Below the pieces are notes generated by a model, which was not told where the DNA came from, made no database searches, and was given only the letters and a program-made list of their open reading frames with translations. A program made the translations under genes and the position numbers. This document shows, one piece after another, positions 8,827 to 18,300 of a stretch of DNA of 31,793 nt. Each line of letters begins with the position of its first letter. The stretch's first letter is position 1. The DNA comes from Verrucomicrobiota bacterium (lineage in GTDB: Bacteria > Verrucomicrobiota > Verrucomicrobiia > Opitutales > UBA953): assembly GCA_004293385.1 (NCBI GenBank), contig RDYO01000005.1:1-31793 (forward strand). The letters run 5' to 3'.

Positions 8827-9375
8827 TTACTTCTTGTCCGGAGCGGCGACCGGGGCGGGCGCGGTGCCGGTGAGCGGGACGAGCTTGAGCGGGGCGAAGG
8901 TCGGAGCGGGAGCGGCGGCGGCCTTAGGGGCGGCGGCCTTGGGCGCGGCGGCCTTCGGAGCGGCGGAAGGAGCCGAGGCCGACGGGATCGTCAGGACCTG
9001 GCCGGCCTTGAGCATGGCGTTCAGCGAGAGGCCGTTGGCCTTGGCGAGCGCGGAGATCGAGACGTTCTCGTTCTTGGCGACGCTGAAGAGCGTCTCGCCC
9101 TTGACGACGGTGCGCTTGCCGCCCGGACCGACGGGACCGTTCGCGGCGAGCTTGGTCGGCGCCGGGGTCGGCAGACGGTCGGAAGGCACGGCGGCCGGAG
9201 CCGGCGCGACGGCCGAGGGAGCGGCGGCGACCGGACGGGCGCCACCGGAGAAGGCGGCGGTGTCGCCGGGCTGTTCGAAGCCGCTGGTGCTGCGGCAGCC
9301 GTTGACGCCGACGAGGACGGCGATGACGCAGAGGTGCACGAGCACGACGGCGGTGACGGTGATGATGGGACGCAT
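8827..9375 (-). CDS. Membrane-anchored LysM peptidoglycan-binding protein
   Basis: Hydrophobic N-terminus; one LysM (TVVKGETLFSVAKNENVSISALAKANGL...LKAGQVLTIP); Ala/Pro/Lys-rich linkers. Confidence 0.85.
   Translation of the reverse strand: MRPIITVTAVVLVHLCVIAVLVGVNGCRSTSGFEQPGDTAAFSGGARPVAAAPSAVAPAPAAVPSDRLPTPAPTKLAANGPVGPGGKRTVVKGETLFSVAKNENVSISALAKANGLSLNAMLKAGQVLTIPSASAPSAAPKAAAPKAAAPKAAAAPAPTFAPLKLVPLTGTAPAPVAAPDKK
8915..8966. repeat. 15-bp tandem repeat (3 copies plus a partial) encoding KAAAP repeats in the LysM protein tail
   Basis: GCGGCGGCCTTAGGG / GCGGCGGCCTTGGGC / GCGGCGGCCTTCGGA / GCGGCGG. Confidence 0.85.
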
Positions 9376-9418
9376 GGTGGTGTGGGTGTTTGGGCTGGGT
9401 GGGTTTGGTGTGAGAAAA

Positions 9419-10693
9419 TCAGGAACGTTGGGAAAGGGCCGTGGCCGCGCGTTCGAAGACGAGGCCGCGCTCGGAGTAGCCGCGGAACTGGTCGAAACTG
9501 GAGAAGCCCGGGCTGAGCAGGATCACGGCGGGACCCTGCGCGTCCTTGGCGGCGCCGACGACGGCGTCCTGCAGCGCCGGATAGCAGCGGGCGGGTTTGC
9601 CGAGCTCGTCGAAGTGGCGCTTCAGTTCCTCGGCGGTCTCGCCGATCAGGCAGGCGGACTCGATGAGCGGGGCGATGCGGCGCACGAAGCGGCCGAGGTC
9701 CCCGCCCTTCCACTTGCCGCCGCCGATCCATCGGACCGGGACGCTGAACTGCGAGAGCGCGGCTTCGACCGCGTGGAAATTGGTGCCCTTGGAGTCGTTC
9801 CAGAACTCGACGCCCTTGTTCTCCGCGACCTTGCGCAGGCGATGCGGCGGGAGACGGAAGAGGCGCGCGGCCTCCTCGAGCTGACGGAGCGGCAGGCCGC
9901 GGGCCTGCCAGTACTTCACGAGCAGGGCCCAGTTCTCGCGCTGCGGCCAGCTGTCGAACACCGAACCGGCCGGCACGGTGTCCGCCACCTCGGCGCGCGT
10001 GGCGACGAGGGTCTCGGCGGGGAGTTCGATGCCGAAGGCGCGCGCGGCGGCGACGACGGATTCGCCGACGACGAGGATGCCGCCCGGCATCATGCGCTCG
10101 ATCAGGCGGTACTTCGCCCGGAAATAGCTCTCGAGCTCGCCGTGACGGTCGAGGTGATCCTCGTCGAAGTTGGACCAGAGCACGGCCTCGGGCGTGAAGT
10201 GACGGAGGTCCTCCGCCTGGAAGGAGCTGACCTCGACGACCGCGAGGAAGGAGCCGTTGGAGACGGTGCGGTGCAGCGAGGTGAGCGGCAGGCCGACGTT
10301 GCCGCAGGCGATGGCGTCGAGGCCGGCGCGCTTGAACGCGAACGAAAGGAACTCGGTGATGGTCGTCTTGCCGTTGGTGCCGGTCACGGCCACGGCCGGG
10401 CCCGTCCAGAGGAGCGCGCCGAAGTCGAGCTCGGTGAGGCAATGCAGGCCCGCGCGGCGGGCGGCGAGCAGCCACGGGTGCGTCTGCGCGAAGCCGGGGC
10501 TGTAGACGAGCAGGTCGTGACGCGCGGCCTCCTCGGGCCCGAACCCGCGGTTCTCGCCGCGTTCGTCGTAGATGACCGAGGCGAAGCCGCCCGCGGCGAG
10601 CGAGTCGGCGACGGAACGTCCGCTCACGCCCTCTCCGAAGATGGCGGCGGGCCGGGCGAGCCGGCGGCGGAGGGACTCGGGGAACTCGCTCAT
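9419..10693 (-). CDS. murD: UDP-MurNAc-L-Ala:D-Glu ligase MurD
   Basis: FGEGVSG, SPGF, VTGTNGKTT, GNVGLP, EVSSFQ, DHLDRHG, NDSKGTN, LLSPGFSSFDQF..YSERG..F. Start at ATG 10693 (ATGA overlap). Confidence 0.95.
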   Translation of the reverse strand: MSEFPESLRRRLARPAAIFGEGVSGRSVADSLAAGGFASVIYDERGENRGFGPEEAARHDLLVYSPGFAQTHPWLLAARRAGLHCLTELDFGALLWTGPAVAVTGTNGKTTITEFLSFAFKRAGLDAIACGNVGLPLTSLHRTVSNGSFLAVVEVSSFQAEDLRHFTPEAVLWSNFDEDHLDRHGELESYFRAKYRLIERMMPGGILVVGESVVAAARAFGIELPAETLVATRAEVADTVPAGSVFDSWPQRENWALLVKYWQARGLPLRQLEEAARLFRLPPHRLRKVAENKGVEFWNDSKGTNFHAVEAALSQFSVPVRWIGGGKWKGGDLGRFVRRIAPLIESACLIGETAEELKRHFDELGKPARCYPALQDAVVGAAKDAQGPAVILLSPGFSSFDQFRGYSERGLVFERAATALSQRS

Positions 10694-11802
10694 CGCAGCT
10701 TGAGGGAGAGCAGCCCGAGCAGGCCGCAGAGGAGCGAGAGGATCCAGAAGCGCGCCACGACCTTGGTCGCGGGCCAGCCCTTCTTCTGGAAGTGGTGATG
10801 GATGGGCGTCATCAGGAACAGCCGCTTGCCGCCCGTGCGCTTGAAGTAGGCGACCTGCAGGATGACCGAGACGGCTTCGACGACGAACACGCCGCCGACG
10901 ATGGCGAGCAGGAAGGGCTGACGCATCAGGCACGCGACGGCGCCGAGCGCGCCGCCGAGGCCGAGCGCGCCGACGTCGCCCATGTAGATCTCCGCCGGCG
11001 CCGCGTTATGCCAGAGGAACACGAGGCTGCCGCCGAAGAGCGCGGCGCAGAAGACCGCGAGCTCGCCGGCGCCCGCGACGTGGCGGATGCGCAGGTAGGA
11101 GGCGAACTCCGCGTGGCCCGCGAGGTAGGCCACCACGCCGAGGATGGCGGTCGTGATCAGCACGCAGCCGATGGCGAGGCCGTCGAGGCCGTCGGTGAGG
11201 TTCACGGCGTTCGAGCAGCCGACGCAGACGAGGATGAAGAACACGCCCGCGACGGCGACGCACGCGGCCAGCGGCCAGCCCAGCGAACCGGCGGACCACA
11301 GCGGCTCCTTGAGGACCGGGAGCCAGATCTCGGCGAGGCCTTCGCGGTAGGACGGATCGAGCAGGACGATCCCGAAGGCGGTGAGCGCCACGAAGCCCTG
11401 GCCCGCGAGCTTGAGGCGGGCGGAGATGCCGTCGGAGCTGCCGTGCCGGACCTTGAGCCAGTCGTCGTAGAGCCCGACGAGGCCCATGCCGACGAGGCAC
11501 CAGAGCGAGGCGAAGACGAGGACGCCCGGACGCGCCCAGAGGAGCACGGCGGGGATGGTCGCGGCGGCGATGATCAGCCCGCCCATGGTCGGCACCTTGC
11601 CGCCTTCCTTGGCGAGTTCGCCCATGAGGGCCTTGGAACGCTCGGGCTGGCGCAGGCGCGCGAGCACGCCGATCAGCCGGCCGGAGACGAGCATGCCCAG
11701 CAGGAGGGCCGTGACGCCGGCGAGGATCGCGCGGACGGTGATGTAGTCGAAGAGGCGGAAAGGCCCCCAGGCGTGGACGAGTTCGCTGAGACGGTAAAGC
11801 AT
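10690..11802 (-). CDS. mraY: Phospho-MurNAc-pentapeptide transferase MraY
   Basis: KVPTMGG, GLYDDWLK, SNAVNLTDGLDGLA, YMGDVGAL.LG, LMTPIHHHFQ. Start at ATG 11802. Confidence 0.96.
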   Translation of the reverse strand: MLYRLSELVHAWGPFRLFDYITVRAILAGVTALLLGMLVSGRLIGVLARLRQPERSKALMGELAKEGGKVPTMGGLIIAAATIPAVLLWARPGVLVFASLWCLVGMGLVGLYDDWLKVRHGSSDGISARLKLAGQGFVALTAFGIVLLDPSYREGLAEIWLPVLKEPLWSAGSLGWPLAACVAVAGVFFILVCVGCSNAVNLTDGLDGLAIGCVLITTAILGVVAYLAGHAEFASYLRIRHVAGAGELAVFCAALFGGSLVFLWHNAAPAEIYMGDVGALGLGGALGAVACLMRQPFLLAIVGGVFVVEAVSVILQVAYFKRTGGKRLFLMTPIHHHFQKKGWPATKVVARFWILSLLCGLLGLLSLKLR

Positions 11803-11803
11803 C

Positions 11804-13177
11804 CTAGTGGAAGGAAAGCGCGGCGCGCAGGTGAGGAGGCAGGCAGCGTTCGAGCGCGAACGAGCGGCTGCCCTTGAGGAAGACATGGCCGCGATGGGCG
11901 GCCACGCGGGCGGCGGCCTCCTCGATCGTGGCGGCGAGGAAACCCGCCTCCGGGTGCGCGACTCCCTGCAGGAACGCCGCCGCATCGCCGCCGAAGACGA
12001 CCACGCGGTCGTCCGGACGGAGAGGGAGCTGCGCGCCGCAGTCGCGGTGGAGTCGCGCGGAGGTGGGGCCGAGCTCGGCCATGCCGCCGAGCACGAAAAG
12101 ACGAGGTTCCGCCGCAGAGCGGCTGCGCCGGTCGAAGGCCTGCGCGGCGTCGAGCAGCGAAGCCGGGCTGGAGTTGTAGCAGTCGACGGTGAAGGTGCGC
12201 GGGCCGTCGACGTGCACGCTGCCGCGTCCGGGCGGGGGCGCCCAGGCCGCGAGCGCGGCGACGAGTTCGGCCGACGTGCGGCCGGCGAGCTTCGCGGCGA
12301 CGACGGCGAGCGCGGCATTACGCGCGAGGCCGTCGGACAAAGGACCGAGCGGGAAGGTCTCGCCGTCGAGCACGAGCGTGCGGCCGCCGTCGGCGGCGAC
12401 GCCGAAGGAAGCCCGGACGAGCCGCGCGGGCGCGACCGCCGGGAGCGGCTCATCGCCGAAGGCCACCGCGACGGAGCGGTCGGCGTAGGCGGCGAAGTCA
12501 GGCCACGAGAGCAAGGACGCGGGCAGCACGGCCTGGCCGCCGGGCGCGAGCGCGCCGACGAGCGAAGCTTTCTCGCGGGCGATGCCGGCGAGCGAACCGA
12601 CGCCTTCGAGATGGACGGGGGCGACCGCCGTGACGATCGCGATGTCGGGGCGGACGACGGCGGCCGAGACGCCGAGTTCGCCCGGCAGGCTCATGCCCGC
12701 CTCGATCACGGCGTAACGGTGGCGGGCGGGGTCGGCGCGCAGCAGCATCAGCGGGACGCCGATGGTGTTGTTGAGGTTGGCCTCGGTCGCGAAGGCTTCG
12801 GCGCCGAGCAAGGCGGCGAGCAGCTCCTTGGTCGAAGTCTTGCCGACGCTGCCGGTGATGCCGATCACGACGCCGGGGAAAGCGGCGCGCGCGCGGGCGG
12901 CGATCCGGCGCAACGCGTCGAGCGGGTCGGCGACCACGAGCTGCGGCAACGGATCGGCGACCGGACGGCCGACCAAGGCGCCGGCGGCGCCGGCCGCGCG
13001 GGCGGCGGCGAGGAAGTCATGGCCGTCGCGGCGCTCCGTGCGCACCGCGACGAACATCTCACCGGCGCGCAGGGCGCGCGTGTCGATGCCGAAGCCCGCG
13101 ACGGTCGCGGCGGGCGCGGCGGTCCAGCGTCCGTCCGTCCAGGCGGCGAGATCCGAGGCGGCGTAGGCGAGGTTCAT
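11804..13177 (-). CDS. murF: MurF ligase
   Basis: IDTR..GEMFVA....RDGHDF, ITGSVGKTSTKE, NLNNTIGVP, EAGM..PGE, DCYNSSP.S, GGMAELG, KGSR. Confidence 0.95.
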   Translation of the reverse strand: MNLAYAASDLAAWTDGRWTAAPAATVAGFGIDTRALRAGEMFVAVRTERRDGHDFLAAARAAGAAGALVGRPVADPLPQLVVADPLDALRRIAARARAAFPGVVIGITGSVGKTSTKELLAALLGAEAFATEANLNNTIGVPLMLLRADPARHRYAVIEAGMSLPGELGVSAAVVRPDIAIVTAVAPVHLEGVGSLAGIAREKASLVGALAPGGQAVLPASLLSWPDFAAYADRSVAVAFGDEPLPAVAPARLVRASFGVAADGGRTLVLDGETFPLGPLSDGLARNAALAVVAAKLAGRTSAELVAALAAWAPPPGRGSVHVDGPRTFTVDCYNSSPASLLDAAQAFDRRSRSAAEPRLFVLGGMAELGPTSARLHRDCGAQLPLRPDDRVVVFGGDAAAFLQGVAHPEAGFLAATIEEAAARVAAHRGHVFLKGSRSFALERCLPPHLRAALSFH

Positions 13178-14694
13178 GCGGAGACGCCCCTCCGGAGCTC
13201 GAGGATCTCGCGCACGACCTGACGGTCGTCGAACGGGACCACGGTGTCGGCGAATTCCTGGGTCGTCTCGTGTCCCTTGCCCGCGATCACGACGCAGTCG
13301 CCCGCCTTCGCGGCGGCGAGGGCCCGCCCGATGGCGTCGCGCCGGTCGGCGACGAATTCGACGGCGGGCAGCGGACCGAGGCCTTCGCGCATGTCGGCGA
13401 AGATACGTTCGAGCGGCTCCTTGCGCGGATTATCCGCGGTGGCCCAAGCGAGGTGGGCGGTCTCGGCGACGGCCCGGGTCATCGCGGGACGCTTGCCACG
13501 GTCGCGGTCGCCGCCGCAGCCGAAGACGCAGAGCACGCGGCCGGGCGTGATGTCACGGAGCATGCGCAAGGCGTTGCGGAGCGCGTCGTCGGTATGCGCG
13601 TAGTCGACGAAGACGGGGAAAGGCTGGCCGGCTTCGACGCGCTCCATGCGGCCGGCCACGCCGGGGAAGGCGGCCAAGGCGGGCGCGAGGGCGAGCGGAT
13701 CGCGCCCGAACGCGGCGGCCATCGCGAGGGCGCAGAGGACGTTGGAGACGTTGTAATCGCCCGGGAGGGTCGACTTGAAGACGGCGGAGCGGCCCGCGTG
13801 GCGGACCGTGAAGACCGCGCCGCCGGTGTCGAGGGCGAGGTCCGTCGCGCGGACGTCGGCGTCCGGCGAGAGGCCGAAGGTGAGCAAGGCCCCCCGGCGG
13901 CGGCAGGCTTCGGCGAGCACGCGGCCGGACGGATCGTCGACGTTGATCACGCAGACGTCCGGCACCGCGCCGTTGCGGCCGTCGAAGAGCATCGTCTTGA
14001 CGTCGAGGTACGCGGCGAGGTCGCCGTGGTAGTCGATGTGGTCGCGGGTGAGGTTCGTGAAAGCCGCCACCTGGAAACGGAAGCCGTGGACGCGTTCCTG
14101 GTGGAGCGCGTGCGAGCTCACCTCGAGGCAGGCGCCGGCGCAGCCCGCGTCGGCCATCTGGCGGAAGAAGGCGGCGAGGTCGGCCGAGTCGGGCGTCGTC
14201 TTATAAGAGGGGATCGAGCGGCGGCCGAGGTGGTAACGGACCGTGCCGACCAGGCCCCACTGCGAACCGTCGTCCTGGAGCAGGTGCCGGAGCAGCGTCG
14301 AGACCGTGGTCTTGCCGTTGGTACCCGTCACGCCGGCGAGCCGCAGGGCCTCTTCGGGGTGGCCGTAGAAACGGCGGGCGATCTCGGCGAGCATCCGGCG
14401 CGGATCGGCGACCTGCGCGGCAGCGACGGCGGGCAGGCCGGCGACGGGCTCGCCGGAGATGATCGCGGCGGCGCCGCGGGCGATCACGTCGTCAAGGAAG
14501 GCATGGCCGTTGGCCCGCAGGCCCGGGAGGGCGAAGAAGAGCGCGCCCGGGAGCACGCGGCGGCTGTCCGTCACGATCGTGGTCACGCGCACCGAGCCAT
14601 CGCCCGTCCGGCCGAGCACGGGCAGCCCCTGGAGCAGCGCGTTGAAGGTCGGACGTTCCATCGAGGCGGGCATCATCGCGGGCGGAGGCGTCAT
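13174..14694 (-). CDS. murE: MurE ligase (DNPR motif suggests meso-DAP specificity)
   Basis: GVTGTNGKTT, LEVSSH, FTNLTRDHIDYH, DYAHTDDAL, FGCGGDRD..KRP, DNPR, AGKGHE. Start 14694 chosen from the ATGA overlap; ATG 14661 is an alternative. Confidence 0.95.
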   Translation of the reverse strand: MTPPPAMMPASMERPTFNALLQGLPVLGRTGDGSVRVTTIVTDSRRVLPGALFFALPGLRANGHAFLDDVIARGAAAIISGEPVAGLPAVAAAQVADPRRMLAEIARRFYGHPEEALRLAGVTGTNGKTTVSTLLRHLLQDDGSQWGLVGTVRYHLGRRSIPSYKTTPDSADLAAFFRQMADAGCAGACLEVSSHALHQERVHGFRFQVAAFTNLTRDHIDYHGDLAAYLDVKTMLFDGRNGAVPDVCVINVDDPSGRVLAEACRRRGALLTFGLSPDADVRATDLALDTGGAVFTVRHAGRSAVFKSTLPGDYNVSNVLCALAMAAAFGRDPLALAPALAAFPGVAGRMERVEAGQPFPVFVDYAHTDDALRNALRMLRDITPGRVLCVFGCGGDRDRGKRPAMTRAVAETAHLAWATADNPRKEPLERIFADMREGLGPLPAVEFVADRRDAIGRALAAAKAGDCVVIAGKGHETTQEFADTVVPFDDRQVVREILELRRGVSA

Positions 14695-16487
14695 CGGCCG
14701 AGGTCGGCGACGGGACCGCGCGGAAGGTTGGAGACGGGCGGGAGGTCGAGCCAGCGGATGCACTTCTCGGCGACCTCGCGGAAGACAGGGGCGGAGACCT
14801 TGCCGCCGTAGCCGACGCCTTCGCCCTGCGGCTCGTCGATGATCACGGTGATGGCCAGCTTCGGGTCGCCGACGGGGAAGAAGCCCGCGAACGAGGCGAC
14901 GTGGTGGGCGGAGGAATAGCGTCCGTTGACGATCTTCTGCGTCGTGCCCGTCTTGCCGGCGACCTCGTAGCCGGGGATGTCGGCGATCGGGGCGGTGCCG
15001 CCCTTGCCGCAGACGGCGCGCAGGAGCGTGGCCATCTGCGCGGCGGTCGCGGGCGTGATGGCGCGGCCGCGCGAACGCGGGGCGTAGTCGAGCACGGTGG
15101 CCTTGGTCTTCGGGTCCTCGACGCGGAGCACGAGCTGCGGCTGCATCAGCAGGCCGTCGGCGGCGACGACCGACATCGCCATGTGCATCTGCATCGCGGT
15201 GACGCTGACCGAGTGGCCCATCGGCACGCGGGAGATGGTGAGCCCGTCCCAGCGCTTGGGCGGGATGAGCAGACCGGGCACCTCGGCGCCGGTGATCAGG
15301 CCCGTCGGGGCTCCGAAGCCGAACGACTTGATGAGGGTGAAGAAACGGTCTTCGCCGAAACGTTCGGCGTACTGCATGCCGACCTGGACGGTGCCGCGGT
15401 TGGAGGATTCGCGGACGATCTGGCGGATGTCGGCGGCGCCGATGGCGTGCGAGTCGGCCGGGAGCGAGACCATGCGGCCGCGGTAAGGCACGCTGGTCGC
15501 GCCGCAGTCGTAGACGGAGTTCGGCGTGATGAGGCGCTCCTCGAGCGCGCCCGCGACGGCGACGATCTTGAAGACCGAACCCGGCTCGTAGACGTCGGAG
15601 ACGGCGCGGTTGCGCTGGCTGTCCATCGGCGCGGCCTGCGGGTCGAAGAAACGGTTGAGGTCGAAGGTGGGCCAGTTCGCGAGGCCGAGGATGCGGCCGG
15701 TGCGCGGCTCGCTGACGATGATGACGGCGCCCTTGGGATTATAACGGGCCGCGGCGGCGGCGAGCGCCTCTTCGCAGGTCTTCTGCACGAGGCTGTTGAT
15801 CGTGAGGACGACGGTGCTGCCGTCGACCGGCGCGACCTCGCGCAGGCGGATGCTGGTGAGCTCGCGGTGGCGGCCGTCGCGTTCGGATTCGATCCAGCCC
15901 TTCTGGCCTTCGAGGAGCGGGTTCATCACGCTCTCGATGCCGGCGGCGGGGACGCCCTCCTTGTTGACGTAGCCGAGGACGTGCGCGGCGAGCTGGCCCT
16001 TGGGGTAGCTGCGGCGGTACTTCAGTTCGGCGCGGAGCGCCTTGATACCGAGCGCCTTGACGCGCTTGACGACGTCCTCGCCGGCCTCGCGCGCGAGGAT
16101 GGACCAGCGGATGCGGTGCTCCTCGCCGGCGGCGTCGGTGCGGACGGTGGTGTCGAAGGCCAGGCGGACCTTGGCGGCGGGCAGGCCGAGAGCGACGGCG
16201 ACCTCGGCCGCGCGCTCGCGGTCGGCCTTGGTGAGCACGTCGGGGTCCACGCCGATGTCCCAGACGTCTTCGGACAGGGCGAGCAGGTTGTCCTGCGCGT
16301 CGCGGATGTCACCGCGACGGCACGGCTTCTCCTGGAGCACGCGACGGGCCTGCAAGGCCTCCGCGCGCAGACGAGGGGCGTCGACCCAATGCAACCAGAC
16401 CAGCCGTACGACCACGGCCAGGAAGCAGGAGGGGACGACCCATGCCAGCAAACGGTAGCGCGTTCGCCTGGCGTGGGGCAGGCTCAT
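14691..16487 (-). CDS. ftsI: Class B penicillin-binding protein FtsI/PBP3
   Basis: N-terminal TM, RRGDI.D, R.YP.G.LAAHVLG, EPGSVFK (SxxK), SSN (SxN), KTGT. Start at ATG 16487 (ATGA overlap). Confidence 0.95.
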   Translation of the reverse strand: MSLPHARRTRYRLLAWVVPSCFLAVVVRLVWLHWVDAPRLRAEALQARRVLQEKPCRRGDIRDAQDNLLALSEDVWDIGVDPDVLTKADRERAAEVAVALGLPAAKVRLAFDTTVRTDAAGEEHRIRWSILAREAGEDVVKRVKALGIKALRAELKYRRSYPKGQLAAHVLGYVNKEGVPAAGIESVMNPLLEGQKGWIESERDGRHRELTSIRLREVAPVDGSTVVLTINSLVQKTCEEALAAAAARYNPKGAVIIVSEPRTGRILGLANWPTFDLNRFFDPQAAPMDSQRNRAVSDVYEPGSVFKIVAVAGALEERLITPNSVYDCGATSVPYRGRMVSLPADSHAIGAADIRQIVRESSNRGTVQVGMQYAERFGEDRFFTLIKSFGFGAPTGLITGAEVPGLLIPPKRWDGLTISRVPMGHSVSVTAMQMHMAMSVVAADGLLMQPQLVLRVEDPKTKATVLDYAPRSRGRAITPATAAQMATLLRAVCGKGGTAPIADIPGYEVAGKTGTTQKIVNGRYSSAHHVASFAGFFPVGDPKLAITVIIDEPQGEGVGYGGKVSAPVFREVAEKCIRWLDLPPVSNLPRGPVADLGR

Positions 16488-16864
16488 CGAGCGCCGGGTC
16501 CTCCCTGCCCTCCCGAACCGAGGAAGGCGATTTCGCGCGCCGTCATCCGGGGGCTCGCGGAGAAAAGGACGGCCGGGGACGCGGCCGAAGGAGAGACTCG
16601 GATCCACACCACCTGCTCGGGGACCGGCGGCTTGAGGGCGTCGCCGATGCGCTGCTGCAGGTAGAGGATGTCGACGGCCTGCTGGACGTGCCGGCGGGCG
16701 ATGTCGTACTCCTTCTTAGAAAGGGAGGTGTCGCGTTCGAGGCGCTGGATGCGGCTGCCGATCGTGTCGGCTTCCACGCGCAGGCGCATGATGTTGATCG
16801 TGCCGACGGCGAAGGCCGCCACGGTGGCGAGGACGCAGGCCCAGGTGAGGAGGCGCGGGCTCAT
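16484..16864 (-). CDS. ftsL: FtsL-like small bitopic coiled-coil protein
   Basis: One N-terminal TM followed by a heptad-like helix; canonical ftsL slot between rsmH and ftsI. The call rests mainly on synteny and topology. Confidence 0.6.
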   Translation of the reverse strand: MSPRLLTWACVLATVAAFAVGTINIMRLRVEADTIGSRIQRLERDTSLSKKEYDIARRHVQQAVDILYLQQRIGDALKPPVPEQVVWIRVSPSAASPAVLFSASPRMTAREIAFLGSGGQGGPGAR

Positions 16865-17778
16865 GCGGCGAGGCGGCGGACGGCGCGGAGGCGCGCCGAG
16901 CGGCTGCGGGGGTTGCGAAGCTGTTCGGCTTCGGAAGGCTGGACGGCCTTGCGGGTGAGGAGGTCGGCCTGCTTGACGCGGTCGTCCTGGTTGCGGGAGT
17001 CGTCGCGGTCGACGGGACGGCCGGCGACCTCGTTCATGTAACGCTTCACCATCCGGTCCTCGAGGGAATGGAAGGAGATGACGGCGAGGACGCCGCCGGC
17101 GTTGAGCTTGCCGAAGGCGAGCGGAAGGGCGTCGGCCAGGGCGCCGAGCTCGTCGTTGACCGCGATGCGGACGCCTTGGAAGGTGCGGGTGGCCGGATGC
17201 GGGCCGCGGGGTCCGGGCGCGGGGGGCGCGGCCTCGGCGACGAGTTCGGCGAAGCTGGCGGTGCGGGCGAGGCGGCCGGTGCCGCGGGCGGCGACGATCG
17301 CGTTGACGACGCGGAACCAGCGGGGCTCCTCGCCGTAGTCGCGGACGGCGCGTTCGAGTTCGGCGCGGTCGCCGCGCTCGAGGAACTCGGCGGCGCTGCG
17401 GCCGACGCGCGTGTCCATGCGCATGTCGTTCGGCGCGTCGTAGCGGAAGGAGAAACCGCGCTCCGGGACATCCAATTGGTATGAGGACACCCCAATGTCC
17501 ATCAGAACACCATCGAATCGGCCCGGAACGCGGTCAAGGTGGCGGAAATTCTCGGAATGGAAACGCAGCCGGCCGACGTGGGCGGCGAGCAGCGCCGCGG
17601 AGCGCTCACCGGCGGCGGGGTCGCGGTCCATCGCGTCGACCGAGCAGCCCGGCGCCCGGGCGAGGATCGCCGCGGTGTGGCCGCCGCCGCCGAAGGTGCA
17701 ATCCAGGTAGGCGCGCCCGTCCTGCGGAGCGAGGAGCGTCAGGCACTCCTCGAGCAGGACTGGGACGTGGCTGGTCAT
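16861..17778 (-). CDS. rsmH: 16S rRNA m4C1402 methyltransferase RsmH (MraW)
   Basis: HVPVLLEE, DCTFGGGGH, DIGVSSYQLD..RGFSF, HPATRTFQGVRIAVNDEL, ISFHSLEDR, NPRSRSARLR. Confidence 0.97.
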   Translation of the reverse strand: MTSHVPVLLEECLTLLAPQDGRAYLDCTFGGGGHTAAILARAPGCSVDAMDRDPAAGERSAALLAAHVGRLRFHSENFRHLDRVPGRFDGVLMDIGVSSYQLDVPERGFSFRYDAPNDMRMDTRVGRSAAEFLERGDRAELERAVRDYGEEPRWFRVVNAIVAARGTGRLARTASFAELVAEAAPPAPGPRGPHPATRTFQGVRIAVNDELGALADALPLAFGKLNAGGVLAVISFHSLEDRMVKRYMNEVAGRPVDRDDSRNQDDRVKQADLLTRKAVQPSEAEQLRNPRSRSARLRAVRRLAA

Positions 17779-17830
17779 GCGGCGGTCTGTGAATAAGGTG
17801 TGAGCAGTGTAAGTAACTTCAGGATACGCA

Positions 17831-18283
17831 TCACAGACCCAGTTCGCGCAAGGCGCGGAGGATGGTGAGCGCGGACTCGGAATCGCGGTCGGCCTTGGGC
17901 GGCGTCGGCGAGGCGAGCTGGAACGTGGTGAAGCCGCCGCGGAAGATCACCTCGCGCTCGAGCTTGGCCTCGGTGACGATGTGCTCGTTGAGCGTGATGC
18001 GGCCGGCCTTGTCGCAGGTGACCTGGATGCTGTTGGTCGCGAGCAGCGTGATCGCGTCCATCTTCACGGGATCGCTCACCGTCACCTGCTGGGAGGCGAG
18101 GCGGATGCGTTCGGTCATCGACGGAGGGAACACGACGATCGATCCGAGCGCGGGGTGGAACACCGCGAGGAACGTCGCTTCTTCGTCGAAACGCCAGGCC
18201 GCCGGGATGGTGACACGGTTCTTCTCATCCATCTTTCCTTTATGGATGCCGGTGAAGAGACCGTTGTTGGCGCCAATAGACAT
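17831..18283 (-). CDS. mraZ: Division/cell-wall cluster transcriptional repressor MraZ
   Basis: G...GKMDEKNRVTIPAAWR and CDKAGRITL (two SpoVT-AbrB repeats); first gene of the dcw cluster. Start at ATG 18283; the GTG at 18325 falls inside the operator boxes. Confidence 0.9.
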   Translation of the reverse strand: MSIGANNGLFTGIHKGKMDEKNRVTIPAAWRFDEEATFLAVFHPALGSIVVFPPSMTERIRLASQQVTVSDPVKMDAITLLATNSIQVTCDKAGRITLNEHIVTEAKLEREVIFRGGFTTFQLASPTPPKADRDSESALTILRALRELGL

Positions 18284-18300
18284 TAAGTATGGGGAGTTGC

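Noticed and set aside
8915-8966. CRISPR or mobile-element repeat
   Set aside because: In-frame 15-bp coding repeat with no spacers; no cas, transposase or integrase gene in the window.
4246-16607. Long upstream extensions in the ORF track for ddl, murC/B, murG, murD, mraY, murE and ftsI
   Set aside because: They overlap the preceding gene in another frame; downstream ATGs at or next to the previous stop give family-typical N-termini.
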